64,000 nucleotides of DNA from an uncultured Bacteroidaceae bacterium (GCA_964637515.1 CAZWUI010000001.1:121019-185018); one strand, 5' to 3'. Counted from the first letter of the stretch, positions 37,763 through 48,073 are shown. The notes: a model not told the origin generated them from the sequence alone. Numbers and translations: made by a program.

Positions 37763-40237
37763 TTATGCTTGTTCTTGTCTTGCGATAGAGAGAACACACC
37801 ACACGTTGTCGTCGTCATCGGTGAAGGCACCTTGAGATGCATCAAAGTATCCGTGAATGCCGTCGGGACGAGTTACGCCGTCAATGCTGTAGGTAGGTGC
37901 ATTTTCTTCGGCGGTAATGCCTGCAGAGAGGTTGAGGGAGATGCTTGCATTGCCTGCGAGTTTAACGTCGATTGCGATGGTGGGTGCATCCGTGATCGTG
38001 ATCTTCACACCGCTCTTGAACAGGTTGATGATGGAGCTATCTTCGTCAACCCATGCGCTGCCTGCGAAGGTGTTTGCGATCCATGCTTCGTTTTCTGCAT
38101 CGAAGAGACCTTTGATACCCTTATCGTTGCCGTTGACAAATTCATTAACGGACGTAGGACCGTGATTGTCTGCGAAGATTGCGCCGATAACCTTGGAAAC
38201 GTCTTTGACTTCGAGAACGACTGCGCCGTCATTGTTTCTGCTGAGTGCGTTTGCAACTGCAACTACGATCTTTTGGACGTTTGCGATCCAGACGCTGTTG
38301 CCGTATTCATCTTTGTAGGTGAGAGAGCCTTTGTTGGAGACTTCTTTCACAGTTTCCGCTTCTGCCGCAGAGGGTGCAGCGTAGGAAGGTTCGCCACCGA
38401 AGAGACCGGTGAAGAGATCGACGAGATCGATTTGTTGGATGACTGCGCCCTTGAAGTTGGTGTTATAGCTGAAGGTTGCGTTTTCAGCCACGACTGCCGT
38501 TGCATCTGCGAAAGATTCGGTGTAGAGTGCGTTTGCAAGTGCCAAACCTGCATCTCGGAGTGCTTCGCTGTTGTAAACGAAAGTTTCAACCGCGTTTTCA
38601 GTTTCTTCGGTTACGCCATTTTCTTCGCCTTCGTCATACTGATCGTTGGAGTTTGCATCGACGTACCAAACGTTCTTGCCGATAAGCGCTTTGACTGCAA
38701 AAGGCATCACGTTTGCCGCGAGAGATTCAACGATGGATTGTTTTCCGCCGTCCGTAAACTTCACGCTGTTGTCAACGGTAAGGATGATTTGACCGTAGTT
38801 GTTGGAGTCGGGTTGTGCGGAGTAGACTGCTTGCATGATTGCGTTGTTGTTGTACTTCACAACTGCTTTGAGAGCGGTCTTGTTGTTTGTATGGTTGAGA
38901 AGGTCGATGGTGCCTTTGAGTTCAACTGCATATGCGCCATTGAAGTTATAGTCGCCCATCACGATTGCATCGCCTGCGAGGGTTGCGCCAATGCCAAGGT
39001 TGAATTCGAAGAATTCTGCATAATCTTCAACGTCGATTCCGAAGACTTCTGCTGCCGCCGCTTGGTCTGCGACGGTGTTGAGGTTGTGGAATCTAAGGCT
39101 GTTGATGTTGATCGCGAGATCAAAAGATTTACCGTTTTTCTTATTGTCGAGGCCGATACCTGCTTTGATGGTCAAGCCGTCAAGTTCGTTGTCGCTGTTG
39201 AGTTTGTATTGGAGAGCGAGTTCGCTGACGTTGAGTCCGCCAAGTGCAGTGCCGATATAGCTTTCTTCGTGACGGATGAATTCGGTATCGGTGCCTTTAT
39301 CGTATTTGCCGTTTTCGTTTGCGTCAACGTAGATGTCGTTTGCGCTATCGCCAAGGAGTATGCCGACAAGTCCCCATGCGGTGGTGAGAGGTGCGGTGTA
39401 GACGCCGTCTTTAACCGTGCAAGGATAGATGTTGTTCTTGACTTGTTCGCCGGTGAGCATACCGCCGATGCTCTTCAAGAGCGCGAGGATGCCGTCGTTG
39501 GTGTTTGCATCTTTTACGCCGAGCATACCGACGACCGTTTGAATAAGGCTGTCGAGGTCAAGTTCGAAGACGCTGGCCACAGAGTTGATGAGACCGGTGA
39601 GTCCCCATTCATCGCCCATGTCTTTGGTGAAGGTGGTGATGAGTTGGTCGATGTTCTGGCCGCCGAGTTTGGTGTTATTGAAGAATCCGTCGATGACAGA
39701 TGCCCAAGTGCCGTTGAAGCCTACATCGAAACCGACTTGGAAGTGTTGTTCATTGGCGCCGTAGGACCAATCAACGTATGCTTTGTAAGGATCATCCAAG
39801 AAGAAATAGATTGCGAGCCAGTTGTTATCCGTGGAGCCGGTGAGGTCGTGGATTTTGACTTTTATCGCAGTGTTCGCGTTGGTGTCTCTGTCAAGGATTG
39901 CATAAATATCAATGCCGAGATCAACGATTTCTTTTTTGTCGTTGGTCACACCAATGCTGAGGCCGAGTTCAAGACCGATGTCGTCGTTGGCACCGATTTC
40001 TTCAGAACCGATAACGGATGCGCCGTTCCAGAGTTTTTCAAAGAAATCTGCGGTCGTGATTTGACCTTCGCTAAGGGTGGGAGTGGGAGTGGGCTTCGGC
40101 TTCGGCTTAGAGCTGCCGCTGTCATCTGTATTCGGGGTGTCGGTGTCACCGCCGCCGCCGTTACATGCGACGAGTGCGAACACGAGAACAAGTGCGAGCA
40201 CCAAAACCAACAATTTTTTGATGTCAAACTTTTTCAT
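37763..40237 (-). CDS. Large acidic surface lipoprotein of unknown function (~824 aa)
   Basis: Lipobox LVAC, PKPKPTPTPT linker, two YVDANxN Ca-binding-like loops; AGGAGG SD; TTGACA-17-TATAAT at 40315-40343. Confidence 0.85.
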   Translation of the reverse strand: MKKFDIKKLLVLVLALVLVFALVACNGGGGDTDTPNTDDSGSSKPKPKPTPTPTLSEGQITTADFFEKLWNGASVIGSEEIGANDDIGLELGLSIGVTNDKKEIVDLGIDIYAILDRDTNANTAIKVKIHDLTGSTDNNWLAIYFFLDDPYKAYVDWSYGANEQHFQVGFDVGFNGTWASVIDGFFNNTKLGGQNIDQLITTFTKDMGDEWGLTGLINSVASVFELDLDSLIQTVVGMLGVKDANTNDGILALLKSIGGMLTGEQVKNNIYPCTVKDGVYTAPLTTAWGLVGILLGDSANDIYVDANENGKYDKGTDTEFIRHEESYIGTALGGLNVSELALQYKLNSDNELDGLTIKAGIGLDNKKNGKSFDLAININSLRFHNLNTVADQAAAAEVFGIDVEDYAEFFEFNLGIGATLAGDAIVMGDYNFNGAYAVELKGTIDLLNHTNNKTALKAVVKYNNNAIMQAVYSAQPDSNNYGQIILTVDNSVKFTDGGKQSIVESLAANVMPFAVKALIGKNVWYVDANSNDQYDEGEENGVTEETENAVETFVYNSEALRDAGLALANALYTESFADATAVVAENATFSYNTNFKGAVIQQIDLVDLFTGLFGGEPSYAAPSAAEAETVKEVSNKGSLTYKDEYGNSVWIANVQKIVVAVANALSRNNDGAVVLEVKDVSKVIGAIFADNHGPTSVNEFVNGNDKGIKGLFDAENEAWIANTFAGSAWVDEDSSIINLFKSGVKITITDAPTIAIDVKLAGNASISLNLSAGITAEENAPTYSIDGVTRPDGIHGYFDASQGAFTDDDDNVWCVLSIARQEQA

Positions 40238-40423
40238 AATTATCCTCCTATGAAAAATGCTTTGTTGTGTTTTTTTGTTTAGTTTGTGTTTGAGCTTCAA
40301 GTTGATACGTATTCATTATAATCTATAGCGCAAAAAGTGTCAATAAGGAAATTTAGTATATCTATCATAGTAAATATATATAAAAAGGGGGAATGCCGAT
40401 TGCGAACGAGAAAAATGGAAAAG

Positions 40424-40554
40424 TTTTAGACGGCGATATTTGGATGCAGAACAAGGAAACAAAAAATCCGACGACCGATGCGTACTTGCGTACGTTAGGG
40501 TGTCGGATTTTGCAGTTGACACGGTTATGCGCCAAATAATAGCGCCGTCTAAAA
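40424..40554. mobile_element. MITE-like element (131 bp) with 17-bp terminal inverted repeats
   Basis: TTTTAGACGGCGATATT ... AATAGCGCCGTCTAAAA (16/17 match); internal AAAATCCGAC/GTCGGATTTT palindrome. Confidence 0.55.
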
Positions 40555-41253
40555 GCCTCCGTCGACGGACAGAATGACAGACGTCACGTATGATGCGGAG
40601 AGAAGATAATCAACCGCATGGGCAACTTCGTCGGGAGTGCCCAGTCTGCCAAGGGGAATTGTGGATGCGAAATCGGAGATTTCGTCGGGAGAATACTCGT
40701 GCATCATATCGGTGTCGATTGCACCGGGAGCGACTGCGTTGACGGTGATGCCCGACGGAGCAAGCTCTTGCGCAAGTGCTTTGGTCAACCCTATCACCCC
40801 TGCTTTCGATGCGGAATAAGCGGTTTCCATGCTTGCGCCGCTAATACCCCACATGGACGACACGTTGACGATTCTGCCAAAACCTGCACTTATCATGTCG
40901 GGGACAAACTCTCTCGTCACAAAGAAAGTGCCGTCGAGATTGACACCCATAACCTTGCGCCAGTCGTCGTCGGACAAGTCTTGAAAGAGTTTTGTCATGG
41001 ATACGCCCGCATTGTTGACGAGCATATTGATTTTGCCGAAAGCGGAGCGAACTTCTTCCGCCATTCTTTTCACGTCGTCCGCAGAAGAAACGTCGCATTT
41101 GAAAGCCTTGACTCTCCCTTCGAGTTCTTTTTCAAGAGAAAGAGCCTTTTCTTCGCTTTGGTTGTAAGTGAAAGCGACTTTATATTTTTTTGCAAGGGTG
41201 CGGACGATAGCTTCGCCTATCCCCCTACCCCCGCCGGTCACGAGTACGTTCAT
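40549..41253 (-). CDS. SDR oxidoreductase (FabG/YmfI-like)
   Basis: TGGGRGIG, NNAG, SSMWG, YSASK, NAVAPG. Confidence 0.9.
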   Translation of the reverse strand: MNVLVTGGGRGIGEAIVRTLAKKYKVAFTYNQSEEKALSLEKELEGRVKAFKCDVSSADDVKRMAEEVRSAFGKINMLVNNAGVSMTKLFQDLSDDDWRKVMGVNLDGTFFVTREFVPDMISAGFGRIVNVSSMWGISGASMETAYSASKAGVIGLTKALAQELAPSGITVNAVAPGAIDTDMMHEYSPDEISDFASTIPLGRLGTPDEVAHAVDYLLSASYVTSVILSVDGGF

Positions 41254-41264
41254 AAAAATAGAAT

Positions 41265-41289
41265 ACGTCCCCGCATTATACGGGGACGT
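41265..41289 (-). terminator. Hairpin / probable terminator
   Basis: ACGTCCCCG-N7-CGGGGACGT. Confidence 0.6.
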
Positions 41290-41297
41290 GGTGTTAA

Positions 41298-42749
41298 TTA
41301 TTTTTCCGCCGCCTCTTTTGCATCGAGGTCCGCTTGGTTCATTATGCCTACGAAAGTGGTTTCGTCGATTGCTTTGCCCGCATAGGAGCCAAGGTCAACG
41401 TAATGCACGTAGTTATAATCGTTGCTATCGAAGAAGTAGAGTCTGTTGCCTGCGAAATCGAGTTTGAGCCAAGATGCGTTGAATTTCGCATTGAGCACGA
41501 CGGTTTCGTTGGTGTATTTGCCTTCGTTTGCAACGAGATTGATTGCGTAAATCTTCGTGCCGTCACTGTCAGAATAATACACGGTACCGCCTGCGACTGC
41601 TTGCACGGTCACGCTCTTGCCGATGACGATATTTTTGTAGACGTCGCTTGCATCGTTTGCGTTGTCGGACACGAGATAGACGTTCTTGTTGCTCATGGTG
41701 ACGAGTGCGCCTTTCTCATAACCCAAAGCGTAAATTGCGGTGGGATCGGTGAAGGTGAGATGTTTTTCGCGGGTGGCGTCGAGTTTCTCGCCGTAGCCGA
41801 TAGTCGTGCAGTAAAGACCGGTGCTTTCGGTGGTGCTATTGATATAGTTGGACTTGGTGTAGTAGATAGTAGTCTTGCCGTCGCTCTCGACGTAGGAGCC
41901 TTTGAGAGAGTAGCTGAACACTTTGGTCGGGAAGTAGTCCACGTAATTTGCCTTTTCGGCATCCGTCAAGTAGGTGTACTTGTCCGCAACGAGTTTTTCT
42001 CCGCCCTCGCCGTTTGCTTTGACGGTGTAGATATAGTTGCAAAATTCATAGCTCGTATCGCCGGTTTCGTTCTTGGTGTAGACGACGTAGTCGGAGCCGT
42101 AATTCCATTGAACCGAAGATACGTCGGTTGCAAGAGTGCCGGTGGTGACGCCCTTCATGTTATCCGAGGACTTCTTGCCGCTCATGCCGCTGAAATCGAC
42201 GTATTCGATCGCACTGTTTTGATAGAACAAAATTCTGGATTCGGTGAAGAAATATTCGCTCGAACGAGAATTGACGGTGATGATGAGTTGGGTGACGGAG
42301 CCGTCGGTCTTGGTGCGCATGAAATCGGTGTGCGTGGTGGATGCGGTGCCGTTTTTGTCGCTGTCGGTGTTGGGAGTCGCATAGTAAACCCATTCGCCGT
42401 AGACCGCTATTCCGCCGTTTGCGTAGGAATTGTAGACTTGTTTGGGCACGATGACCGTTGCGGTGGAGTTGTCCAAAGAGCCGTCTGCGTTGATTTTCAC
42501 TCTGACGATGCCGTTTTTGACGGGAGTACCCCACGAATTGTCGATGCTTTCGTTCGTGTCGTAGCCGTTGACGATGAAGGCGTAGTCGCCTTGTCTGACG
42601 TAGTAACCGCCGTTGGATTCCACGGGTTTGGAGCTATCGGCGGGACCGGTGCCTTCCCATTCGTACTTGTTGCATGCAACGAGTACGCCGAGGACAAGGA
42701 CGAGAATCAACGCGACTGCGATGGTGCTGATGACGTGTTTTTTGTTCAT
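41298..42749 (-). CDS. Lipoprotein, beta-propeller-like (DUF5050-like)
   Basis: Lipobox LVAC; SNGG, GEWVYY, DYVVY, GTVYY, NRLYF repeats. Confidence 0.75.
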   Translation of the reverse strand: MNKKHVISTIAVALILVLVLGVLVACNKYEWEGTGPADSSKPVESNGGYYVRQGDYAFIVNGYDTNESIDNSWGTPVKNGIVRVKINADGSLDNSTATVIVPKQVYNSYANGGIAVYGEWVYYATPNTDSDKNGTASTTHTDFMRTKTDGSVTQLIITVNSRSSEYFFTESRILFYQNSAIEYVDFSGMSGKKSSDNMKGVTTGTLATDVSSVQWNYGSDYVVYTKNETGDTSYEFCNYIYTVKANGEGGEKLVADKYTYLTDAEKANYVDYFPTKVFSYSLKGSYVESDGKTTIYYTKSNYINSTTESTGLYCTTIGYGEKLDATREKHLTFTDPTAIYALGYEKGALVTMSNKNVYLVSDNANDASDVYKNIVIGKSVTVQAVAGGTVYYSDSDGTKIYAINLVANEGKYTNETVVLNAKFNASWLKLDFAGNRLYFFDSNDYNYVHYVDLGSYAGKAIDETTFVGIMNQADLDAKEAAEK

Positions 42750-42814
42750 AATTTACTCCTTTGAGAGTCGATGTTCATTTATTCCCTTTCGGGTGGTCCG
42801 ATTGCGGACGTTGA

Positions 42815-44584
42815 CTATTCTTGTTCGGCGTTCTTCTTCTCTTCTTCGGTGAGGTCGAGTTTGATATGAACGTCTTTGAGTTGTTGCTCGTTGACTTGGG
42901 ACGGTGCGCCCATGAGTATATCTCTTGCGTTTCTGTCCATCGGGAATACGATGATTTCACGGATGCTCGGCTCGCCTGCAAGCAACATAACTATGCGGTC
43001 TACGCCGGGTGCGATACCCGCGTGAGGGGGTGCGCCGTACTTGAACGCATTGTAGAGTGCGGAGAATTTCTTTTCGATGACTTCCTTGCCGTAGCCGACG
43101 ATTTCAAACGCCTTTTCCATAATGGCGGGTTCGTGGTTTCTGACTGCGCCCGAGCTGAGTTCAACACCGTTGACAACGCTATCGTATTGATATGCAAGCA
43201 CGTCGAGCGGATTCATATTGTTGAGTGCGTCGAGTCCGCCTTGGGGCATGCTGAACGGATTGTGGCAGAAACCGAGTTTGCCTTCGTCGTCGAGTTCGTA
43301 CATCGGGAAGTCCACTATCCAACAGAAACGGAATGCGTCTTTTTCGAGCAAATCGAGGCTCGTGCCGAGTTCGGTGCGGAGATAACCCGCTTGTTTCCAA
43401 GCGTCCTTGGTTTCCGCTACGATTGCGACGAAACTGCCCGCTTTGAGATTAAGTCTTTCGACGAGAGCGTCTTTTGCATCCACTGCAAACTTCGTGATAC
43501 CGCCCGCCATCTCGCCTTTTTCGTCGAGTTTGAACCAGTACATACCGCTTGCGCCGTTGTTTTTGACCTTTTCGGTGAGTGCGTCGATATACTTTCTTGC
43601 ACCCGTGAAGTTGTCAACCGCAATCGCTTTTATCGTCTTACCCTTTTCAAAGAAAGGTGCTTTCTCTTCGAGAATATCCGTCACGTCCTTGATGATAAGG
43701 GGGTTGCGCAGGTCGGGTTTATCAGAGCCGTAATCACGGATTGCATCGAGATATTTAATCCTGCGATAAGGTCCTTTGTCAACCTTGTAGCCCTTCGGGC
43801 TAAATTCCGTGAACACACCCGTCAACACTTCTTCCATAACTGCGAATACGTCCTCTTGTGTTGCAAAACACATTTCTGTGTCGAGTTGATAAAACTCACC
43901 GGGACTTCTGTCCGCTCTTGCGTCTTCGTCACGGAAGCAGGGTGCGATTTGGAAATATCTGTCGAAACCCGACGCCATAAGCAACTGCTTGTATTGTTGC
44001 GGCGCTTGAGGCAGGGCGTAGAATTTGCCGGGGTGAAGTCTCGACGGCACAATGAAGTCGCGTGCGCCCTCGGGAGAGCTGCTCGTAAGAATAGGTGTCG
44101 TGATTTCAAGGAATCCCATATCCGTCATCTTTCTGCGGAGCCAACTTACGACTTTCGCACGGAAAACGATTTTGTCTTTGACTTCGGGATTGCGCAGGTC
44201 AAGGAAGCGATATTTCAAACGCGTATCCTCTCTCGACTGCGTGCTGGTTGCGATTTCAAAGGGAAGTTGCTCGTAGCAACGACCGAGAATTTCAATCTTT
44301 TCGGGTTCGATTTCGATGAGTCCCGTAGGCATATCGGGGTTGGGAGCGGAGCGAAGTATGACCTTGCCTTCTACCGATACGGTGGATTCACGAGGGATAC
44401 TTCTCACAAGTTCCTTCATCTCGTCCGTGGATGCGACGACTTGCGTATAACCGTAAAAGTCGCGGAGCACGAAGAAGATGACCGCGCCTAAATCGCGAGT
44501 CGATGAAAGCCAGCCCGAAAGTTTGACTTTCTGACCGACGTTTGTTTCGTTGAGTTCACCACAAGTATGAGTTCTAAATTCCAT
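42815..44584 (-). CDS. aspS: Aspartate--tRNA ligase
   Basis: RTHTCGEL, RDLG, PEGARDF, CFRDED.RADR, APPHAGIAPG.DR. Confidence 0.97.
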   Translation of the reverse strand: MEFRTHTCGELNETNVGQKVKLSGWLSSTRDLGAVIFFVLRDFYGYTQVVASTDEMKELVRSIPRESTVSVEGKVILRSAPNPDMPTGLIEIEPEKIEILGRCYEQLPFEIATSTQSREDTRLKYRFLDLRNPEVKDKIVFRAKVVSWLRRKMTDMGFLEITTPILTSSSPEGARDFIVPSRLHPGKFYALPQAPQQYKQLLMASGFDRYFQIAPCFRDEDARADRSPGEFYQLDTEMCFATQEDVFAVMEEVLTGVFTEFSPKGYKVDKGPYRRIKYLDAIRDYGSDKPDLRNPLIIKDVTDILEEKAPFFEKGKTIKAIAVDNFTGARKYIDALTEKVKNNGASGMYWFKLDEKGEMAGGITKFAVDAKDALVERLNLKAGSFVAIVAETKDAWKQAGYLRTELGTSLDLLEKDAFRFCWIVDFPMYELDDEGKLGFCHNPFSMPQGGLDALNNMNPLDVLAYQYDSVVNGVELSSGAVRNHEPAIMEKAFEIVGYGKEVIEKKFSALYNAFKYGAPPHAGIAPGVDRIVMLLAGEPSIREIIVFPMDRNARDILMGAPSQVNEQQLKDVHIKLDLTEEEKKNAEQE

Positions 44585-44614
44585 AATATATTGCCGTTTT
44601 AGTTTATTTTCGTT

Positions 44615-45625
44615 TTAGAGAAGACGGATGCCCGCTTCGTCGCATTTTGCCACTATCTCGTCGGGCCATATCGACGCTTGAACCTCTCCTACGTGCGCCT
44701 TTTGCAATATCAACATGCAAAGTCGCGATTGTCCGATACCACCGCCGATGGTGAGCGGAAGTTTGTTCGCTACGATACGTTTGTGATAGTCGTTGGCAAG
44801 GCGGTCGAGTGCGTCCGCAAGTTCGAGTTGATGAAGAAGTGCCGCACTGTCTACCCTTATGCCCATCGACGAGATTTCAAGACTTTCGCCCAAAATCTTG
44901 TCGTAGAACAATATGTCGCCGTTGAGGGTCCAATCGTCGTAGTCGGGTGCGCGCCCGTCGTGGCGTTGACCGTTCGACAACGCTCCCCCTATTTGCATCA
45001 AAAATACGGTGCCGTATTTTTTCGTGATTGCGGTTTCTCTCTCGTGTCCCGTCATGTCGGGGTACATGTCGAGAAGTTCTTGCGTAGTGATGAAAGTGAC
45101 TTCCCTTTTGAGTTCCAAGTCGATGACGGGGAACGCTTTTTTGGTTTCTTCAAGGGTGTCGCATATCGCATTGACGATTCTGCAAACGACCTTCTTCAAA
45201 AATTCAACGTTGCGTTGTTCCCGACAAATCACCATTTCCCAGTCCCACTGGTCGACGTATATGGAGTGCGTATTGTCGCAGTTGTCGTCCCTGCGGATTG
45301 CGTTCATATCCGTATACAATCCTTCTCCGCATTGGAAGTGATATTTGTCGAGAGCGATTCTCTTCCACTTCGCAAGGGAATGTACGATTTCCGCTTCCAC
45401 GCCGCCTTGTTCCTTGACGTCGAAACGCACCGCTCTTTCCACTCCGTTCAAGTCGTCGTTCACGCCCGTCTTGCTCTTGACGAACAAGGGTGCGGAAACT
45501 CTCTCGAATCCAAAGTGTCTGATAAAGTTGCGTTGGAAGGAATCCTTGACGAATTTTATTGCTTTTTCGGTTTCCCGCACGGACATTTTCGGGGTGTATC
45601 CGTCGGGGATTTTCAATTTGTACAT
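44615..45625 (-). CDS. asnA: Aspartate--ammonia ligase
   Basis: HSLAKWKR, HSIYVDQWDWE, RAPDYDDW, TIGGGIGQSR. Confidence 0.97.
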   Translation of the reverse strand: MYKLKIPDGYTPKMSVRETEKAIKFVKDSFQRNFIRHFGFERVSAPLFVKSKTGVNDDLNGVERAVRFDVKEQGGVEAEIVHSLAKWKRIALDKYHFQCGEGLYTDMNAIRRDDNCDNTHSIYVDQWDWEMVICREQRNVEFLKKVVCRIVNAICDTLEETKKAFPVIDLELKREVTFITTQELLDMYPDMTGHERETAITKKYGTVFLMQIGGALSNGQRHDGRAPDYDDWTLNGDILFYDKILGESLEISSMGIRVDSAALLHQLELADALDRLANDYHKRIVANKLPLTIGGGIGQSRLCMLILQKAHVGEVQASIWPDEIVAKCDEAGIRLL

Positions 45626-45646
45626 AGTAGTTTATCTATCTGCGAC

Positions 45647-47038
45647 CTACGCCATAAGGTCGCCTGCGGTGCGTGCGTAAAGTTGTACGTCCCTGATGTT
45701 CGAGATGCCCGTGACGTACATCATGATACGTTCAAGACCGAGTCCGAATCCGCTGTGGGGGACGGTGCCGTATTTGCGAAGGTCCATATAACCGGTGTAG
45801 TCGTCGAGATTCATACCGCGTTCGACCATTGCTTGTTTGAGTTTGTCGAAGTCCGCCTCACGCTCACTGCAACCGATGATTTCGCCGACGCCGGGGACGA
45901 GCAAGTCCGTCGCCGCAACCGTCAAACCGTCGTCGTTTTGTTTCATGTAGAAACTCTTTATCTTCTTGGGATAGTTGATGACGAAAACGGGCTTATTGAA
46001 CACCTTTTCGGTGATATAGCGTTCGTGTTCGGATTGCAAATCAAGACCCCATTCGACAGGATAGACAAAGTCTACGTCCGCTTTTTCAAGGATTTTGATT
46101 GCGTCTGCATAGTCGAGAATTTGGAAATCGCTCTCAACCACTTTCGTGAGTTTCTCTTTCAAACCCGCCTCAAACGCCTTTTCAAAGAAAGCGATTTCTT
46201 CGGGGCATTCGTCGAGAACGGCTTTGATGATATATTTGATCATGCTTTCCGCAATTTTGATAATGTCGGGAAGACGTGCAAACGCAACTTCGGGTTCGCA
46301 TTGCCAAAACTCCGCCGCGTGACGAGGAGTGTTGCTGTTTTCAGCGCGGAAAGTAGGTCCGAACGTGTAAATCTTGCCCATCGCCATCGCCGCAACTTCG
46401 CCTTCGAGTTGACCGCTGACGGTAAGTCCCGCTTTTCTTCTGAAAAAGTCGTTGGCTATGTATTCCGCCTCATCCTTTGCGACCTTTGCATCCGCATAAC
46501 CGTTCGTCGTAACTCTGAAAATCTCGCCTGCACCTTCGCAGTCACTGCCGGTGATTATCGGAGTATGCACGTAGGTGTAGCCGTTCTCTTGGAAGAAACG
46601 ATGTATCGCAAAACTCAACTTGCTTCTCACGCGGAGCATTGCATTGAAAGTGTTCGTGCGGGGGCGCAAATGGGGAATACTGCGCAAAAATTCAAGCGAA
46701 TGATACTTCTTTTGAAGAGGATAGTCGGAAGGACAATCGCCGAGAAGTTCAACCGTTTCGACGTTGATCTCGTGGTCGCCTTGGTTCATTGCGGGAACGA
46801 CTACGCCAGTCGCAAGCACGGATGCGCCGTTTTTAAGACACTTGGAAAGTGCCTCATCCTCAAATTTCGCCTTGTCGAATACGAGTTGAAGATGACGAAG
46901 GGACGTTCCGTCGTTGAGTGCGATGAACGCCATCGTCTTGCTGTCGCGAGCGGTGCGAACCCAACCTGCTACGGTCACGGTTTTGCCCTCGTAATTTTTG
47001 CCGTTTGTCAAAATTTCAATGATGTCGATGTTTTCCAT
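45647..47038 (-). CDS. asnS: Asparagine--tRNA ligase
   Basis: LTVSGQL, GPTFRAENSNT.RH, DLQSEHERY, PHSGFGLG.ER. Confidence 0.97.
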   Translation of the reverse strand: MENIDIIEILTNGKNYEGKTVTVAGWVRTARDSKTMAFIALNDGTSLRHLQLVFDKAKFEDEALSKCLKNGASVLATGVVVPAMNQGDHEINVETVELLGDCPSDYPLQKKYHSLEFLRSIPHLRPRTNTFNAMLRVRSKLSFAIHRFFQENGYTYVHTPIITGSDCEGAGEIFRVTTNGYADAKVAKDEAEYIANDFFRRKAGLTVSGQLEGEVAAMAMGKIYTFGPTFRAENSNTPRHAAEFWQCEPEVAFARLPDIIKIAESMIKYIIKAVLDECPEEIAFFEKAFEAGLKEKLTKVVESDFQILDYADAIKILEKADVDFVYPVEWGLDLQSEHERYITEKVFNKPVFVINYPKKIKSFYMKQNDDGLTVAATDLLVPGVGEIIGCSEREADFDKLKQAMVERGMNLDDYTGYMDLRKYGTVPHSGFGLGLERIMMYVTGISNIRDVQLYARTAGDLMA

Positions 47039-47175
47039 ATTATTATCCTTTATACTTTGACTATTATAAGTTTAGATTGCCATTTTGTAAAGAGTTTTTT
47101 GCCTTTCACAAAAAAGTTGACTAAATATTGCGGTCAAGGATATAATTTAGACGAATTATTGTGTCTGGAGGCTTT

Positions 47176-48069
47176 ATGTACGACGTCATCGTTTTAGGCG
47201 CGGGCCCCGCAGGGTTGACCGCCGGCATCTACTCCGCAAGGGGCGGACTCAAAACTCTCGTCATCGAAAAGACTTTCGTGGGCGGACAGGCGACCACCAC
47301 CCCCGAAATCGTCAACTATCCCGGTGTCAAATCGACGGACGGTTTTTCTTTGACAAGCACGATGGCGGAGCAAGCGAAGAGTTTCGGTTGCGAAATCCTG
47401 ACCGCAGACGTCACAGAAATCTCCTTGACGGACAAGGTCAAAACGGTCGTTGCAAACGGTGTGAAATACGAAAGCAAAACCGTCGTCCTCGCAAGCGGAG
47501 CAAATGCAAGAAAACTCGGTGTCGAGCACGAAGACGAACTTCTTGGTGCGGGTGTCAGTTACTGCGCAACCTGCGACGGAGCATTCTTCAAAGGCAAGAC
47601 CGTAGCCGTCGTCGGCGGCGGGGACACCGCAGTCGAAGACGCACTCTGTCTCAATCGTTTCGCAAGCAAAGTTTATCTCATTCACCGCAGGGACTCACTT
47701 CGCGCAAACAAAGCTTTATCCGACGAAATCGCACGTTCAAACATCGAAATCGTTTGGAATAGCACGATTGCAAAACTTATCGGCACTCCCCTTTCCGCAG
47801 TCGAAATCAAGAACGTAAAGGACGGAAAAATCTCCACTCTCGACGTGAACGGACTCTTCGTTGCAGTTGGCAGAATCCCCGCAAGCGACAACTTTGAAGA
47901 AGTCGAAAAAGACGAAAACGGTTATATCCTGACCAATGAAGAAATGAAAACCAATGTAGACGGAATTTACGCCGTCGGGGACGTCCGCGCGAAGTCCCTA
48001 CGGCAAATCGTAACCGCCTGCGCCGACGGCGCAATCGCCGCCGACTCAATCGTCAGATCTCTCCAATAA
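47176..48069 (+). CDS. trxB: Thioredoxin reductase
   Basis: GAGPAG, GVSYCATCDG, GGGDTAVE, HRRD, AVGDVR; GGAGG SD. Confidence 0.95.
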   Translation: MYDVIVLGAGPAGLTAGIYSARGGLKTLVIEKTFVGGQATTTPEIVNYPGVKSTDGFSLTSTMAEQAKSFGCEILTADVTEISLTDKVKTVVANGVKYESKTVVLASGANARKLGVEHEDELLGAGVSYCATCDGAFFKGKTVAVVGGGDTAVEDALCLNRFASKVYLIHRRDSLRANKALSDEIARSNIEIVWNSTIAKLIGTPLSAVEIKNVKDGKISTLDVNGLFVAVGRIPASDNFEEVEKDENGYILTNEEMKTNVDGIYAVGDVRAKSLRQIVTACADGAIAADSIVRSLQ

Positions 48070-48073
48070 TCCC

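Noticed and set aside
37757-40282. 841-aa plus-strand ORF, and similar long antisense ORFs (30563-32383, 32582-34111, 41334-42764, 42821-44491, 53818-55236, 60404-61477)
   Set aside because: Shadow frames of real genes whose codon bias avoids TTA/CTA/TCA; no SD or motifs, and atypical composition.
44678-47197. 839-aa ORF antisense to asnA-asnS
   Set aside because: Codon-aligned shadow ORF. It is continuous only because the 21-nt spacer keeps the frame; no protein features.
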